64,000 bases of DNA from an archaeon (GCA_043815885.1 JBDRIL010000029.1:1-64000); one strand, 5' to 3'. Counted from the first letter of the stretch, positions 9,355 through 19,582 are shown. Translations and numbers: made by a program. The notes: a model not told the origin generated them from the letters alone.

Positions 9355-12300
9355 TCACTGCACTACCTTGCCTGTAATTGCATCAATTCTCGCTTTTCTT
9401 TCCTTTCCATTTTCTTCCAGTGAAACGTAATAGAACGGCCTGTAAACCAGACTCACTTTTTTCACTATCACTGTCTTCCACATTTTCTGGAGAGACTTAA
9501 TTACTTTTTCTTCAGAGAAATTAGCTTCGACTATTGAGACATTCTTTAATTCAACCAAAGGCAATTCATTCAATGAATCAATCAATGAATGCCTTGAGTC
9601 AGGAGGAAGTTCTATCTCTCTGTTAAGGAAATAGGAGACCTTTCCCTCAGAACTAACTCTATCAACCAAACCCTTTTCAGTTAAATTGCCTAGAACTTTT
9701 TTTATTCTTGTTTCAGAGTAATTCTCTTCCTCCAGTTTTTCCTCCATTCCTTTCCTTTTAATTAAGCCAGCAAATACCTCTAACTGCTCTTCATCCAATT
9801 CCATTACCTTATTGAAGCCTCTTGATTCAATGAATTCATCATTCTTTACGTGAATGAATTCCCCTGTAATGGCATTAATGAAACACGTAGTTGCAATGAA
9901 TTCCTTGCTTTTGTTGAAGTCATTGAATGAAATCTTATAGACTGGCTCAAAAATAAGTTGAAGTTGCTTTACCTGCTCTTCCTTTCCAACCAACCCAAAC
10001 CTTTTCCTTTTCCTTACCTTATTAACGATTTTCTTTGCTTCCTCTTCCTTTAATCTTAATGGAAATGAAAGAATGCTTTCCCTCTCTACCTTCTTTTCTT
10101 CCTGCTCTTTTATTCTTTCCTCTGCTTTTTCCTGTGCTTCCTTTATTACTTCCTCTTTTTCCTTTAATTTTTCTGCAAGAACGACTCTGTCTGGTTCAAT
10201 TACTGCCTTTCTTTCCTCCAATAAATCCAGTACAGAGGAAAGCATTGCCTTTGCCTTGTACTTGCTGTTCAATGAATTAATCAATTGATTGATTTTATCC
10301 ATTCCTATTTCTCCATCCCTTCCTAATTCCCTGAACGCAATTTCCATTGCAAGGTTTTCCACCTGTTCCTTGCTCAGGCTTTTAACCAAAGAAATGGTTT
10401 CTGCATCCCTTCCCTCGTGCTGCGACATTCTTGGGCGGATACTCATCACAAACGCTCTGCTTGTTTCCTCTCTCCTGTCACCAGTGAGAGCATAACCTAT
10501 TGGAAGGCTTCTAATGAAATTGCTTTTCTTGTATTGGTGGGGAATGATTGTAGGAATTCTCTTGTAAATAGCCTTTATGTCGTCATCAAAAACCAGTTTA
10601 TGAGTCAAAAGAATATCCAATTGAGACAACACCCTTGTATCAATTGCTGATGGCTGCTGTGTAGCAAAAACTATACTGCAACCAGGCCTTCTTCCCTGCT
10701 TAACATACTCCACCAACGCATTTGTGGCAGGAGTATTTACATTTCCTGAAGGAATTAAGGTGTGGGCTTCATCAATAAACATCCAGGTAGGAGGAATATC
10801 TGTTTCAAGCAATGCATTCATTGAAGTAGCCTTCATTTTATTCGCTGATTCTCTTCTAGTGGAAAGCTTTCTCGCTGAAAGAATTCTCCTTGCAAGAATT
10901 CCAATAACCAATGCAGTAACATTTGCTTCAAGAAAACTTGTATCCAATACAGTCAACTGGTTTTCTCTGGAGAGTTCCCCCAAAGGAGTTCCCTTTTCAT
11001 CAAAGATCCCCCAGGACTTCGCTGCCTCAAACCTGCTGACTAACGCCCTAATGGAATCCTGTTTGTAGCCTCTTTCCCTGCTATTCAATTCTTCATCTGT
11101 CTCCAGACAGTTTATCATGCCATCCAGAGAAAAACCCTGCTTGTTTGCCTTAACGTATTTTCCTTCAATTGTCTTGTATCCATGCTCTACTTTTTTAATT
11201 ACCTTATCCAAAAGCAAGCCGCTTGGACCAAATCTCTCCATTCCAAAAGTCAAACACCAGTCCTCTGAGGTAAGCAGTGAAGGCTGAATTGAAAAGGTTG
11301 CATCATAAGTGTTTTTTGGAGTTTCATTCTTCATTCCTGCTGGAATGAATACCTTAAGGTTATCAAGGCCTTGAGGTTCTAACCCCCACTCAATCAATGC
11401 ACTTAATTCCTTTTCTTCCTTGTTTGCATACTTCATGCTCCAGAACACTCCAATAGGATCAATTACTACTATTCCAACATTGCTGTTTTTCAGTGCCAGT
11501 TCCTCTGCAATCACTCCAAGAACGTATGAATTATGAACAATTATATCGTTTGCAACAAAATTATAGTATTCTGGAACAGAAATATCATATACATCTTCTC
11601 CAGGAATTTCTTTTAACTCAGTTACCTCATCCCAAAAAATATCTGATTCTGCTATCATCTGTACTCCTTTATTCCCTTCAATCTGAGCCATTCTCAGTAA
11701 CTTTTTTCTGGAAGGCGCGTAAGTTAAGGAACTATGGACGTAGTTTGGATTATAACCCATTGCTCTCGAAGCAGCCTTACAATTTTTTGGTCTATAAATG
11801 CCCCAGATTTCTTTCGGAATAGTGTCTACATTTGGATTTCTTGAAACCTCAAGCATGTCTTTTATTGCATTTTCCTGTTTTAGTTCTTTTACCCCAAAAA
11901 AACCGATTTCCTGAATGAATCTGATTACACTTTCAGATGAAATAACTAATTCAAAGGAATTGAATTTTTTCTCGTTACATTTGACTTTTTTGAACCTAAG
12001 CCTAGAGAGTATCCCAAATCTAATCAAAAGATTCTGCACTTGCCTTATCATTTTATCTGAAGAACTAGAATAAGAAACCTGCCAATTATTTTTTCTTCTA
12101 CTTATCGGATGAATACTGCCGTCACAACTGAAAAGCCTGTTCAGGAATAATGCCAGCTGTTCTTTAGGAAGTTTTAATACTTCTTCTGGAATAACTTTCT
12201 CCTTTGTTAGCTTTCCATATAATCCAATGCTTTCAAACCATTTTGCCAGAGAACTCTTTTGCGCGACAATAAACCCTTTGCTTGTAAATTGCCCTTTTTT

Positions 12301-13536
12301 GTTTCTAACAACATTTGTTAAATCAATTGGTTTCTTTTTTTGTGCAACTCTATAGCATCCGATTTTACTATGCACTTCTATTCTTAGGTTTTCATCAAAT
12401 TCCTTTATGCTTTGGGAGAAATCTTCAAGAATTTTTTTGTCTTCGTTACTGAATAAAACAAATGCATTTCTTAGATGCCCTTCCGCAATAAAGTAAGCCA
12501 ATAACTTAATATCACACTCTCTCATCCTAGTGTTGCCAAATACATTAAGTGCCCTTGGCACTGCTATCCTGTCTTTTGCTTTTAGTTCTTGGGTTTGCAT
12601 CCATCCATTAATTGTTAGGAGAGGATGTTCGGGAGTCAATTTTATTTCCCTTCCACTCCTTAACCGCAAATAAAGCAATTTGCTCACTTTTCTCTTATAA
12701 AATCCTTCTTTTTTCAATGGAACTACTTTTAGTTCATGGTTTAATCCAAGAACCCGTTTATCATTGTTTTCTAGTTCCTTTATAGGAATAACCGAGCCAT
12801 CTTCCAAGGTTATCAATGAATCGCCAGTAAGGCATTTTCCACTCCCACGAGCACCGCAAACAAACACTACATGAGGATTCAGTCCGTCAAGAAAAACCTT
12901 TTTTTTATTGTATCCCTCTTCCTCCAGCCTTCCAATCAATAATGCTGCATCAGATCCATAATTAAGGAAAACTGATTTCTTTCTTCCAATGAATACAGAT
13001 TCATTTTTCTCGTCCTCCAGAAATTGCAGAGGCATTGAATTTGCTGGAACTTCTTCCACAAATTTTTCTTCTGGTTCAGGAGCGCCTTCCATTTCACTTA
13101 TTGTTTCCCCGCGCTCTTCCTTTTCCTCTTCAACTTCTTCCTCTATTTCCTTTGTTGCAGACTTCAAAGCCTTTCTCAGAATGAGTTTCTTTAATTCATT
13201 TTTTGGAGGCAATTCCTTCTTCAATTCCTCCTCTGGTTCTTCAATGTTTTCCTCTTCTGCTTCCTCGTTTTCTTCCAATTCAATTTCCTTTTCAATTGAC
13301 TTGTTTTCTTTTTTTTCCTTTGCGCCAATGCTTTTCTCAAAAGCTTCAGCTTTTGCGCCACTGCTTTTTTCAAAAGCGGTGTTTTCTTTTTCTGGCTTTA
13401 TTGTCTTAATGATTTCCTCTACATGTTTTTCCTTTTTCCCGTCAAATACCTCGTCAAATATATCCACGTCCTCCTTTACCCTGGATTTCTGTACTCTCTC
13501 TTCTGGAGAGAGTTCCCTTGGTTTTTCTTCATTCAT
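9355..13536 (-). CDS. HerA/DUF87-like P-loop ATPase with acidic N-terminal region, interrupted by an intein
   Basis: Walker A GARGSGK|S split by intein; VIDPIG; Walker B FIDEAH; GRRPG; ATQQPS. Confidence 0.85.
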   Translation of the reverse strand: MNEEKPRELSPEERVQKSRVKEDVDIFDEVFDGKKEKHVEEIIKTIKPEKENTAFEKSSGAKAEAFEKSIGAKEKKENKSIEKEIELEENEEAEEENIEEPEEELKKELPPKNELKKLILRKALKSATKEIEEEVEEEKEERGETISEMEGAPEPEEKFVEEVPANSMPLQFLEDEKNESVFIGRKKSVFLNYGSDAALLIGRLEEEGYNKKKVFLDGLNPHVVFVCGARGSGKCLTGDSLITLEDGSVIPIKELENNDKRVLGLNHELKVVPLKKEGFYKRKVSKLLYLRLRSGREIKLTPEHPLLTINGWMQTQELKAKDRIAVPRALNVFGNTRMRECDIKLLAYFIAEGHLRNAFVLFSNEDKKILEDFSQSIKEFDENLRIEVHSKIGCYRVAQKKKPIDLTNVVRNKKGQFTSKGFIVAQKSSLAKWFESIGLYGKLTKEKVIPEEVLKLPKEQLALFLNRLFSCDGSIHPISRRKNNWQVSYSSSSDKMIRQVQNLLIRFGILSRLRFKKVKCNEKKFNSFELVISSESVIRFIQEIGFFGVKELKQENAIKDMLEVSRNPNVDTIPKEIWGIYRPKNCKAASRAMGYNPNYVHSSLTYAPSRKKLLRMAQIEGNKGVQMIAESDIFWDEVTELKEIPGEDVYDISVPEYYNFVANDIIVHNSYVLGVIAEELALKNSNVGIVVIDPIGVFWSMKYANKEEKELSALIEWGLEPQGLDNLKVFIPAGMKNETPKNTYDATFSIQPSLLTSEDWCLTFGMERFGPSGLLLDKVIKKVEHGYKTIEGKYVKANKQGFSLDGMINCLETDEELNSRERGYKQDSIRALVSRFEAAKSWGIFDEKGTPLGELSRENQLTVLDTSFLEANVTALVIGILARRILSARKLSTRRESANKMKATSMNALLETDIPPTWMFIDEAHTLIPSGNVNTPATNALVEYVKQGRRPGCSIVFATQQPSAIDTRVLSQLDILLTHKLVFDDDIKAIYKRIPTIIPHQYKKSNFIRSLPIGYALTGDRREETSRAFVMSIRPRMSQHEGRDAETISLVKSLSKEQVENLAMEIAFRELGRDGEIGMDKINQLINSLNSKYKAKAMLSSVLDLLEERKAVIEPDRVVLAEKLKEKEEVIKEAQEKAEERIKEQEEKKVERESILSFPLRLKEEEAKKIVNKVRKRKRFGLVGKEEQVKQLQLIFEPVYKISFNDFNKSKEFIATTCFINAITGEFIHVKNDEFIESRGFNKVMELDEEQLEVFAGLIKRKGMEEKLEEENYSETRIKKVLGNLTEKGLVDRVSSEGKVSYFLNREIELPPDSRHSLIDSLNELPLVELKNVSIVEANFSEEKVIKSLQKMWKTVIVKKVSLVYRPFYYVSLEENGKERKARIDAITGKVVQ
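11530..12834 (-). mobile_element. Intein (435 aa) with LAGLIDADG homing endonuclease in the Walker A motif
   Basis: Starts CLTGDS after GSGK; block B TPEHP; LAYFIAEG and LFSCDGS; ends VYDISV...VHN followed by Ser. Confidence 0.95.
13318..13382 (-). repeat. Tandem in-frame palindromic elements encoding TAFEKSSGAK-AE-AFEKSIGAK
   Basis: 13350..13382 is 33/33 identical to 30781..30813; adjacent degenerate copy at about 13318..13346. Confidence 0.9.
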
Positions 13537-13640
13537 TTAACCCACTAAAAAAGTATGTGCAAGGTAGTATTAAATTATTTCCTCTTCAGCAACCGAAATA
13601 AAGTAGTTTTATAAATCCTTAAAACATTTATTATTGTGAA

Positions 13641-14063
13641 ATGCGGCTCAGAAGGCTGATTCCAAGAAAAGATTATCCTACATGGAAACTAATTGCAGAA
13701 ATCTGCCTAATCATAATTGTACTGATTACCCCGATAGAAATAGCCCATTTGGTTTTTCACGTTGAAGTAGAAGAAAGGCTTCTGAGTTTTCTTGAAGTAA
13801 TTGACTACCTTGCAATAATTGTTCTGTTGATTGACTTAGTGCACCATTACCTCATAACGAAAAGAAAGGACAGATTCCTGAAAGAAAACCTGTTGCACAT
13901 TCTTTCCTTTCTTCCATACATTCTATTCATCAAGGTAGCAGGAATATTCAAGATAGTAAAAGTAATCGCAACCGGCATGAGCAAAATAGTGAAAGTAAAA
14001 TTCCACTCCAACGCACTAAAAGAAAGAGCCCACAAAATAATCAAAAAAGACAAGATTGAATAA
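13641..14063 (+). CDS. Small 4-TM membrane protein resembling a voltage-sensor (S1-S4) domain without pore
   Basis: Hydrophobic segments with IDY...IDL (S2-like), FLKENLLHILSFLP (S3-like), IFKIVKVI (S4-like). Confidence 0.5.
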   Translation: MRLRRLIPRKDYPTWKLIAEICLIIIVLITPIEIAHLVFHVEVEERLLSFLEVIDYLAIIVLLIDLVHHYLITKRKDRFLKENLLHILSFLPYILFIKVAGIFKIVKVIATGMSKIVKVKFHSNALKERAHKIIKKDKIE

Positions 14064-14110
14064 ACTGCGTTTTAAATTTAATTCTACTAAAATTATATTA
14101 ATGGTTTTAT

Positions 14111-14184
14111 GGGCCGGTAGCACAACCTGGTAATGCGCTCGGTTCGCATCCGAGAGAATTCGGGTTCAAATCCCGACCGGTCCA
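14111..14184 (+). tRNA. tRNA-Ala(CGC), no intron
   Basis: Acceptor GGGCCGG/CCGGTCC-A with G3:U70; anticodon stem CTCGG/CCGAG around TT-CGC-AT; GTTCAAATC T-loop. Confidence 0.95.
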
Positions 14185-14197
14185 TTTGGTGAAAAAA

Positions 14198-15028
14198 ATG
14201 AAATTAATTTATAATTCAGTTTTCCTTGAACACAATAGGGAAGGGCATCCGGAGAATAGGGAGAGACTGCAGTATTTTTTTAATGAAAGGGAAACTGAAA
14301 TTGGATCAGGGGAAAGATTTCTTGAATTAGTGCATTCAAGGGAATACATTGAAAGAGTGAAGGACGCTTCTTCCAGGGAAGAATTTTTGGACGCGGATAC
14401 TTATACATGCAGAAAGAGTTTTGAAGTTGCTTGTTTTGCTGTGGGAGCAGCAATAAAGGCTGCAGAGGAAAAAGCATTTGCTCTTGTAAGACCGCCAGGA
14501 CATCATGCGAAAAGGAATTCAGCTGAGGGGTTTTGTTTGTTCAATAACATGGCAATTGCAGCAAAGCATCTCGCGGAAAAAGGAAAGAAAGTGCTTATAA
14601 TTGATTTTGATCTGCATCACGGGAATGGAACGGAAGAATTAGTGAAAGGAGAGAAAAGGATTTTTTATTTTTCCACGCATCAGGCAGGAATTTATCCAGG
14701 AACAGGTTTCGGGGTGGAAGGAAATGTATTGAATGTATCTCTTCCGTATAAAACTACTGATGCACAATACATTCAAATATTAAATGAAGAACTTATACAT
14801 AACCTGGAATCTTTTTCTCCCGACATAATCGGATTGAGTGCTGGATTTGACTGTTATTACAAGGATTTAGATGCATTAGGAAAGGGAATGGGTTTTGAGC
14901 TCTCTACTAAAAGCTTTAAAAGAGTAAGGGAAATAATTAATGAATATGATTCCTTTGCCTTGCTTGAAGGAGGATATAGGGCAGAAAGCATTCGTGATGG
15001 AGTTAATGTATTTATTGGAGAGGAGTGA
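14198..15028 (+). CDS. Histone deacetylase family protein
   Basis: HPE..ERL, RPPGHH, GFCLFNN, DFDLHHGNGT, SAGFD, LEGGY; GGTGA SD before ATG 14198. Confidence 0.95.
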   Translation: MKLIYNSVFLEHNREGHPENRERLQYFFNERETEIGSGERFLELVHSREYIERVKDASSREEFLDADTYTCRKSFEVACFAVGAAIKAAEEKAFALVRPPGHHAKRNSAEGFCLFNNMAIAAKHLAEKGKKVLIIDFDLHHGNGTEELVKGEKRIFYFSTHQAGIYPGTGFGVEGNVLNVSLPYKTTDAQYIQILNEELIHNLESFSPDIIGLSAGFDCYYKDLDALGKGMGFELSTKSFKRVREIINEYDSFALLEGGYRAESIRDGVNVFIGEE

Positions 15029-15681
15029 ATAAAATGATTAAGATAGCGGCTTCAACCCTTGCAGCAGATTCCTCTAAACTGGAGGAAGAATTCAATAGAG
15101 TGGAGGAAGCAGGAGTGGATTTACTGCATCTGGATGTAATGGACGGAAAATTTGTTCCAAACAATGCATTGGGGTTTGAGGAAATTGAGGCAGTAAGGAA
15201 AAATACAGAACTTCCTTTTGATATTCATTTAATGATTGCTGAACCAGAGAAAAACATTGAGAGATATCTTGAATTCAGCCCCCATTACTTGAGTTTTCAT
15301 TTAGAGGCTACAAGTAATGCAGAAGAATTAATTGAATTAATTAAGGGCAAGGAAGTAAAGGTTGGAGTGGCAGTAAATGCCCCAAGCAATATTGAGGAAG
15401 TATTTCCTTTTTTGGGCGAATTAGATTTTGTTTTGGTGATGAGCGTTAATGCTGGGTTTTCAGGACAGAAATTTCTGGAAAATTCAGTGAAAAAAATAAG
15501 TGAATTAAGGAAAAAAATTGATGAAGAGAACCTGAAAGTGGAAATCGAGGTTGACGGAGGCATTAATGAAGAAAATGTTAAAAAAGTAATTGATGCAGGA
15601 GCAAACATTATAGTCAGTGGTTCCACTATTTTTAATTCCAAGGATTTAAAGGAAACAATAAATAAATTAAGAGGGAAATAA
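15025..15681 (+). CDS. rpe: Ribulose-phosphate 3-epimerase
   Basis: HLDVMDGKFVPN, DIHLM, VMSVNAGFSGQKF, EVDGG. Confidence 0.96.
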   Translation: MNKMIKIAASTLAADSSKLEEEFNRVEEAGVDLLHLDVMDGKFVPNNALGFEEIEAVRKNTELPFDIHLMIAEPEKNIERYLEFSPHYLSFHLEATSNAEELIELIKGKEVKVGVAVNAPSNIEEVFPFLGELDFVLVMSVNAGFSGQKFLENSVKKISELRKKIDEENLKVEIEVDGGINEENVKKVIDAGANIIVSGSTIFNSKDLKETINKLRGK

Positions 15682-17331
15682 TTAGGCTTCTTCTGCAGCT
15701 TCTTCCACTGCATCCAGACAATCTTCTTTATAATTTTCATTCCTGATTTTATAACATGCGTCATCAATTAATGTCTCTACTGCAAAATTATAGTGACAGT
15801 AATCAGGGGTATTGTAAGGATAATCAAGAAAAACCCTCTCCCCTAAATCGCATACAAGGTAATCCACAAGCTTTATTGCCAGTTCACTGAAGCATTGAAT
15901 GTATGCTTCTGCTCCAAGCAAATCCCCGCAAAGAGAAGGATCTGAGAGATTATAGGCAACGCCAACATAACAGTCAACCTTTGCTTCTGTTTCCCTTATC
16001 TTTAAGCAGACACTTGATTCATTGGTGTCTGCGGCTATTTTCACATAACAGGCATCCCTCTTATTCACGTCAGCCGTAACTTTTTTGCAGTACTCCCAAC
16101 TCAGTTCTGCTTCAGCTAAATCAAAGTAACAGTCATCAATCTTTTGCGGGTTAATTATGAGTTCACATATTTCTTTGCTTGGAGCTTCTTCGCCAAGCAT
16201 TTCAAAGCATTCCTGCCGTACATTCTTGTCGCTTATTTCTTCGCATACATTAACTTCGAGTAAATTCTTGTCAACATCAAACAAACAATAATTCAATGCA
16301 TTCAGGTCAGTTATATTCTTGCATATCTCTGTTTCAATTAAATTAACGGCTATCTGACGGAAGCAGTTGTTTGTCTGGGTTTTATCCATATAAAAAGAAC
16401 AGATTGATTCTGTTTTAGTGGATGAAAGCAAATCATTCAGGCAATGGTCTTTCTTGAAGCCATTGGAATCCCTGGAGGTTGAAAGATAATCACATATCTC
16501 ATAATTTTCCAGGCTTATTGCTACTTCCCAATAACATTGGTCCTTCTTTAAAGGGCTTGAAATCTGGCTGCACTCCATTACACTCTTCTGCGCTCCGGCA
16601 ACTGCCTTAAAGCATAAATCCTTTTCACTTGAATCAATTAAATTCCTACATATGTCTGCATTGCTTAAATCAAGGGCAATGGTCTTAAAGCATTCATCCC
16701 TCATATTTTGATTCCTTAAAGGAGAAACAAGTTTACAGTACTCTGATTCATTGGTTAGAATTGCAATCTCATTATAGCATTTATCTTTAGATAATTCCTT
16801 TATTAAACCGCACACAAATGCATCCTCGTTTTCTATTGCATACTCACCCAAACACAAATCCTTTCTAACCTGTGAGCCCTCTCCATCACACAGCCCGGCA
16901 TAAGGAGTCATGTCCTGGTCGATTAAAACATTTCCGTCAACTGAATACAATACAATAGCGCTTGCCTCAAGAGAATACTTACTCTCCCTCAAATCCTTTC
17001 CAACAGAAGTGACAACATAGTAATAAGTCAAACCCTCAATCAACCCTAAATCAATGAATTCCTTTTCAGTTAAAGGAGCAGAGGTAAGCTTAAGATAGTC
17101 TTTCCCGCTTAAAAGACTCCTGTAGACATTATAACCAATAACGTGTTCCTCGTTTTCCTTCATCCAGGAAAGCTTTATGGATTTAATCCCTGACTTAGCG
17201 ACAACACTTGTAGGGGAGGCAATAGGCTGGGGAGTTCCATCTTCTCCATCTACTCCATCCTCTTCAATACATCCACTAACCAGGATTAATCCTGTCAGGA
17301 AAATCAATAAAATTAAGGTCTTTAGATTCAT
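15682..17331 (-). CDS. Lipoprotein with fibronectin type III domain and tandem ~26-aa two-Cys repeats
   Basis: Lipobox LVSGC; FN3 LSW...GYNVYRS...YYYVVT; repeated C..I.....KD.CY..IA. Confidence 0.8.
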   Translation of the reverse strand: MNLKTLILLIFLTGLILVSGCIEEDGVDGEDGTPQPIASPTSVVAKSGIKSIKLSWMKENEEHVIGYNVYRSLLSGKDYLKLTSAPLTEKEFIDLGLIEGLTYYYVVTSVGKDLRESKYSLEASAIVLYSVDGNVLIDQDMTPYAGLCDGEGSQVRKDLCLGEYAIENEDAFVCGLIKELSKDKCYNEIAILTNESEYCKLVSPLRNQNMRDECFKTIALDLSNADICRNLIDSSEKDLCFKAVAGAQKSVMECSQISSPLKKDQCYWEVAISLENYEICDYLSTSRDSNGFKKDHCLNDLLSSTKTESICSFYMDKTQTNNCFRQIAVNLIETEICKNITDLNALNYCLFDVDKNLLEVNVCEEISDKNVRQECFEMLGEEAPSKEICELIINPQKIDDCYFDLAEAELSWEYCKKVTADVNKRDACYVKIAADTNESSVCLKIRETEAKVDCYVGVAYNLSDPSLCGDLLGAEAYIQCFSELAIKLVDYLVCDLGERVFLDYPYNTPDYCHYNFAVETLIDDACYKIRNENYKEDCLDAVEEAAEEA

Positions 17332-17445
17332 TCCATTAATAAAACTCTCTTCATATTAATAAATTTAACTCAAAAAAATATTCAATTTAGTTTAATTCGA
17401 TTATGTAGCTTAACAAAAAACTATTTAAAACGATTACCACAACAA

Positions 17446-17563
17446 TAGTTGTGGTATTGGGAGTTAAAGGAGGCAAGTCATACTGCTTTTGCGAAAGAAT
17501 TCTTTTTCAACAGTCTTTAGATTAAAGACTGTGCAGTTCCCTGGCTTGCCTTCATCATAATTA
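17446..17563 (+). ncRNA. Candidate structured non-coding RNA of unknown family
   Basis: Nested stems 17446-55/17554-63, 17469-80/17542-53, 17482-86/17533-37, internal hairpin 17510-32; TTTAAAA box at 17424-30. Confidence 0.4.
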
Positions 17564-17573
17564 CTATTTCTTT

Positions 17574-17601
17574 AAAACTTTTAGGAAAAGTTTTATCAAA
17601 A
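17574..17601 (+). repeat. Palindromic element AAAACTTTT-N3-AAAAGTTTT-ATCAAAA, copy 1
   Basis: Identical except for the loop to 32446..32473. Confidence 0.8.
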
Positions 17602-17773
17602 AAATATTGTATACCTTCGGTATACAATAAAAAAAATTAGTTTTTATTTCTTTAATTTCCTTACTGCCCCCCTATTGACATCCACTTTTATAAATATTAT
17701 CCCGTTGTAATAGGAGGGAGGATTCTATAACATTTTAATATCGTTTTCCCCTACAATAAATACTGCACTGAAA

Positions 17774-17969
17774 GCAGGGATGGCGGAGCGGTTTAACGCA
17801 CCAGCCTTGAGCTGCCCCTTCTTTTCTTTTTCTAAAAGAAAAGAAGCGGTAAGTTGCCGGAAGAAAAGAAAAAATTAATTGCCCAAAAAGAAAGAAAGGA
17901 TGGCTTCTTTAATTGCACAAGCGAGCTGGCGTCCGAAAGGACTCGGGAGTTCGAATCTCCCTCCCTGCG
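17774..17969 (+). tRNA. tRNA-Ser(TGA) with 112-nt intron at 37/38 (17812..17923)
   Basis: Acceptor GCAGGGA/TCCCTGC-G73; long variable arm GTCC-GAAA-GGAC; perfect BHB with CTTG/CAAG helix and AG|C, CG|A bulges. Confidence 0.93.
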
Positions 17970-18091
17970 TATCAGAACCTAGCGGTTCCGATACCTCCCT
18001 TACGGAAGGATATCTTTTCCTTTTCGCCAGCCTTTCAGAAAAAGGCTGTCAGATAGCTTCTTTAAAAAAGGCTTTGCATAAAAAAGTGATA
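17970..18091 (+). repeat. tRNA trailer made of hairpin modules delimited by GATA, copy 1
   Basis: Modules also found at 19765..19886 in a different order. Confidence 0.7.
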
Positions 18092-18094
18092 GAA

Positions 18095-18550
18095 ATGAAG
18101 GAAAATGAATCGGATTTAATTGAAGAGGCAAGGGAAGCGTTAAAGAATTCTTATTCGCCTTATTCCAAAACCAAAGTAGGAGCAGCAGTGCTTACCTCCA
18201 AAGGAAATATTTATCGAGGCTGTAATGTCGAGAGCAGCAGTTATTGGCCGAATCTATGTGCAGAGAGAGTAGCAATAGCGAATGCTGTATCCAATGGAGA
18301 GAAAAAAATCAAGACAATAGCAATTGCATCAAGCAGGGAAGGATATATCACTCCTTGCGGTGGATGCAGGCAGGTAATATATGAATTCTCTGTGATTGCC
18401 GGCAGACCAATAAAAGTAATTCTTTCAAACAAGAAAGGTGACACAAAGGAATTATCAATAGAAGAATTGTTTCCATACCCATTCATTCCAAAGAAATTAA
18501 GCAAAAAAATGCTGGAGAAGAAAGAATTAAGTGAAATTGAATGGGTTTAA
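18095..18550 (+). CDS. cdd: Cytidine deaminase
   Basis: YSPYS, GCNVE, CAER, PCGGCRQ; the upstream part of the track ORF overlaps the tRNA, so start set to ATG 18095. Confidence 0.93.
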   Translation: MKENESDLIEEAREALKNSYSPYSKTKVGAAVLTSKGNIYRGCNVESSSYWPNLCAERVAIANAVSNGEKKIKTIAIASSREGYITPCGGCRQVIYEFSVIAGRPIKVILSNKKGDTKELSIEELFPYPFIPKKLSKKMLEKKELSEIEWV

Positions 18551-19080
18551 TTGAATTCTTTCACAAAGTAAAGAAGCTAAGGGAATTGAAGAGAAAGGGA
18601 TGGAAGGATTTTGGAGTGGAAAATCCTGAGAGTGTTGCAGACCATTCCTTTAGAGTAGCTTTAATGACACTGATTTTTTCTGAAAAAATGAAACTGAATA
18701 CTGAGAAGGCATTAAAGATGGCCTTGATTCACGATTTGTGTGAAGTGTATTCAGGGGATTTAGCAGCAGAGGAAAAAATAAGCCGGGAAAAATATGAATC
18801 AGAGGAAAAAGGAATGAAAAAAATTGTTTCTGAATTGAATGAGCGAGAGGGAGAAGAATTAATGGATTTATGGAAGGAATTCATGGAAGGAAAAAGCAGG
18901 GAAGCAAGGATTGTGAGGGAAATTGACAGGCTTGAAATGGGTTTCAGCGCAGTGGAATACGAAAAAGAACAGAAGAAAGGAAAGGAATTCGTTAATACAT
19001 TTATTCCTTTCGTGGAAAAAAGTTTAAAGGAAAAGGAATTAACTGAATTATTCAATGAATTAAAGAAAGAATTAAAGTGA
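18541..19080 (+). CDS. HD-domain hydrolase (YfbR/HDDC2-like 5'-deoxynucleotidase)
   Basis: RKGW, ESVADHSF, IHDLCE, DRLE. Confidence 0.9.
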   Translation: MGLIEFFHKVKKLRELKRKGWKDFGVENPESVADHSFRVALMTLIFSEKMKLNTEKALKMALIHDLCEVYSGDLAAEEKISREKYESEEKGMKKIVSELNEREGEELMDLWKEFMEGKSREARIVREIDRLEMGFSAVEYEKEQKKGKEFVNTFIPFVEKSLKEKELTELFNELKKELK

Positions 19081-19087
19081 AATAAGA

Positions 19088-19582
19088 ATGAGAAAGAAAG
19101 TAATATTTGTTGCGGGCTCAGCAAAGAATATTTCAAAGAAAGTATATGAAATGGCAGAGGAAGTGGGAAGAGAGATTGCAAGAAATAACTGTATATTGAT
19201 TTGTGGAGGTTTAAGCGGGGTAATGGAAGCAGTATCAAAAGGATGCAGGGAAGAAGGAGGATTGAGTATTGGAGTGATTCCTTCGGCAGAAAAAAGCGAT
19301 GCCAATCATTTTGTGGATGTAGTGATTGCAACAGGAATCGGATTTGGAAGGAATTTTATTTTAGCACAATCAGCAGATGCAATGATTGTTGTAGCGGGGC
19401 AGATAGGGACACTCATAGAGAGTTCTGCAGGATATTACTGGAAAAAGCCAATAATTGCATTAAAGGGAAGCGGGGGAACAGCAGAAAGGATTGCAGGAAC
19501 CTATCTGGATGAAAACAAGAGAATAAAGATTCTTTCAGCTAAAACGCCAAAAGAAGCAGTAAAACTGGCATTAAAAAAATAA
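19088..19582 (+). CDS. LOG/lysine-decarboxylase-like protein (TIGR00725 type)
   Basis: CGGLSGVMEA, IGVIP, TGIGFGRN, GTLIE. Confidence 0.85.
   Translation: MRKKVIFVAGSAKNISKKVYEMAEEVGREIARNNCILICGGLSGVMEAVSKGCREEGGLSIGVIPSAEKSDANHFVDVVIATGIGFGRNFILAQSADAMIVVAGQIGTLIESSAGYYWKKPIIALKGSGGTAERIAGTYLDENKRIKILSAKTPKEAVKLALKK

Noticed and set aside
17446..17563. 5S rRNA (similar size, paired ends)
   Set aside because: Lacks the conserved loop C CCGAAC and loop E motifs; helix layout differs
17879..18094. 72-aa N-terminal extension of cytidine deaminase in the ORF track
   Set aside because: Overlaps the tRNA-Ser intron, 3' exon and trailer; the Cdd domain starts at ATG 18095
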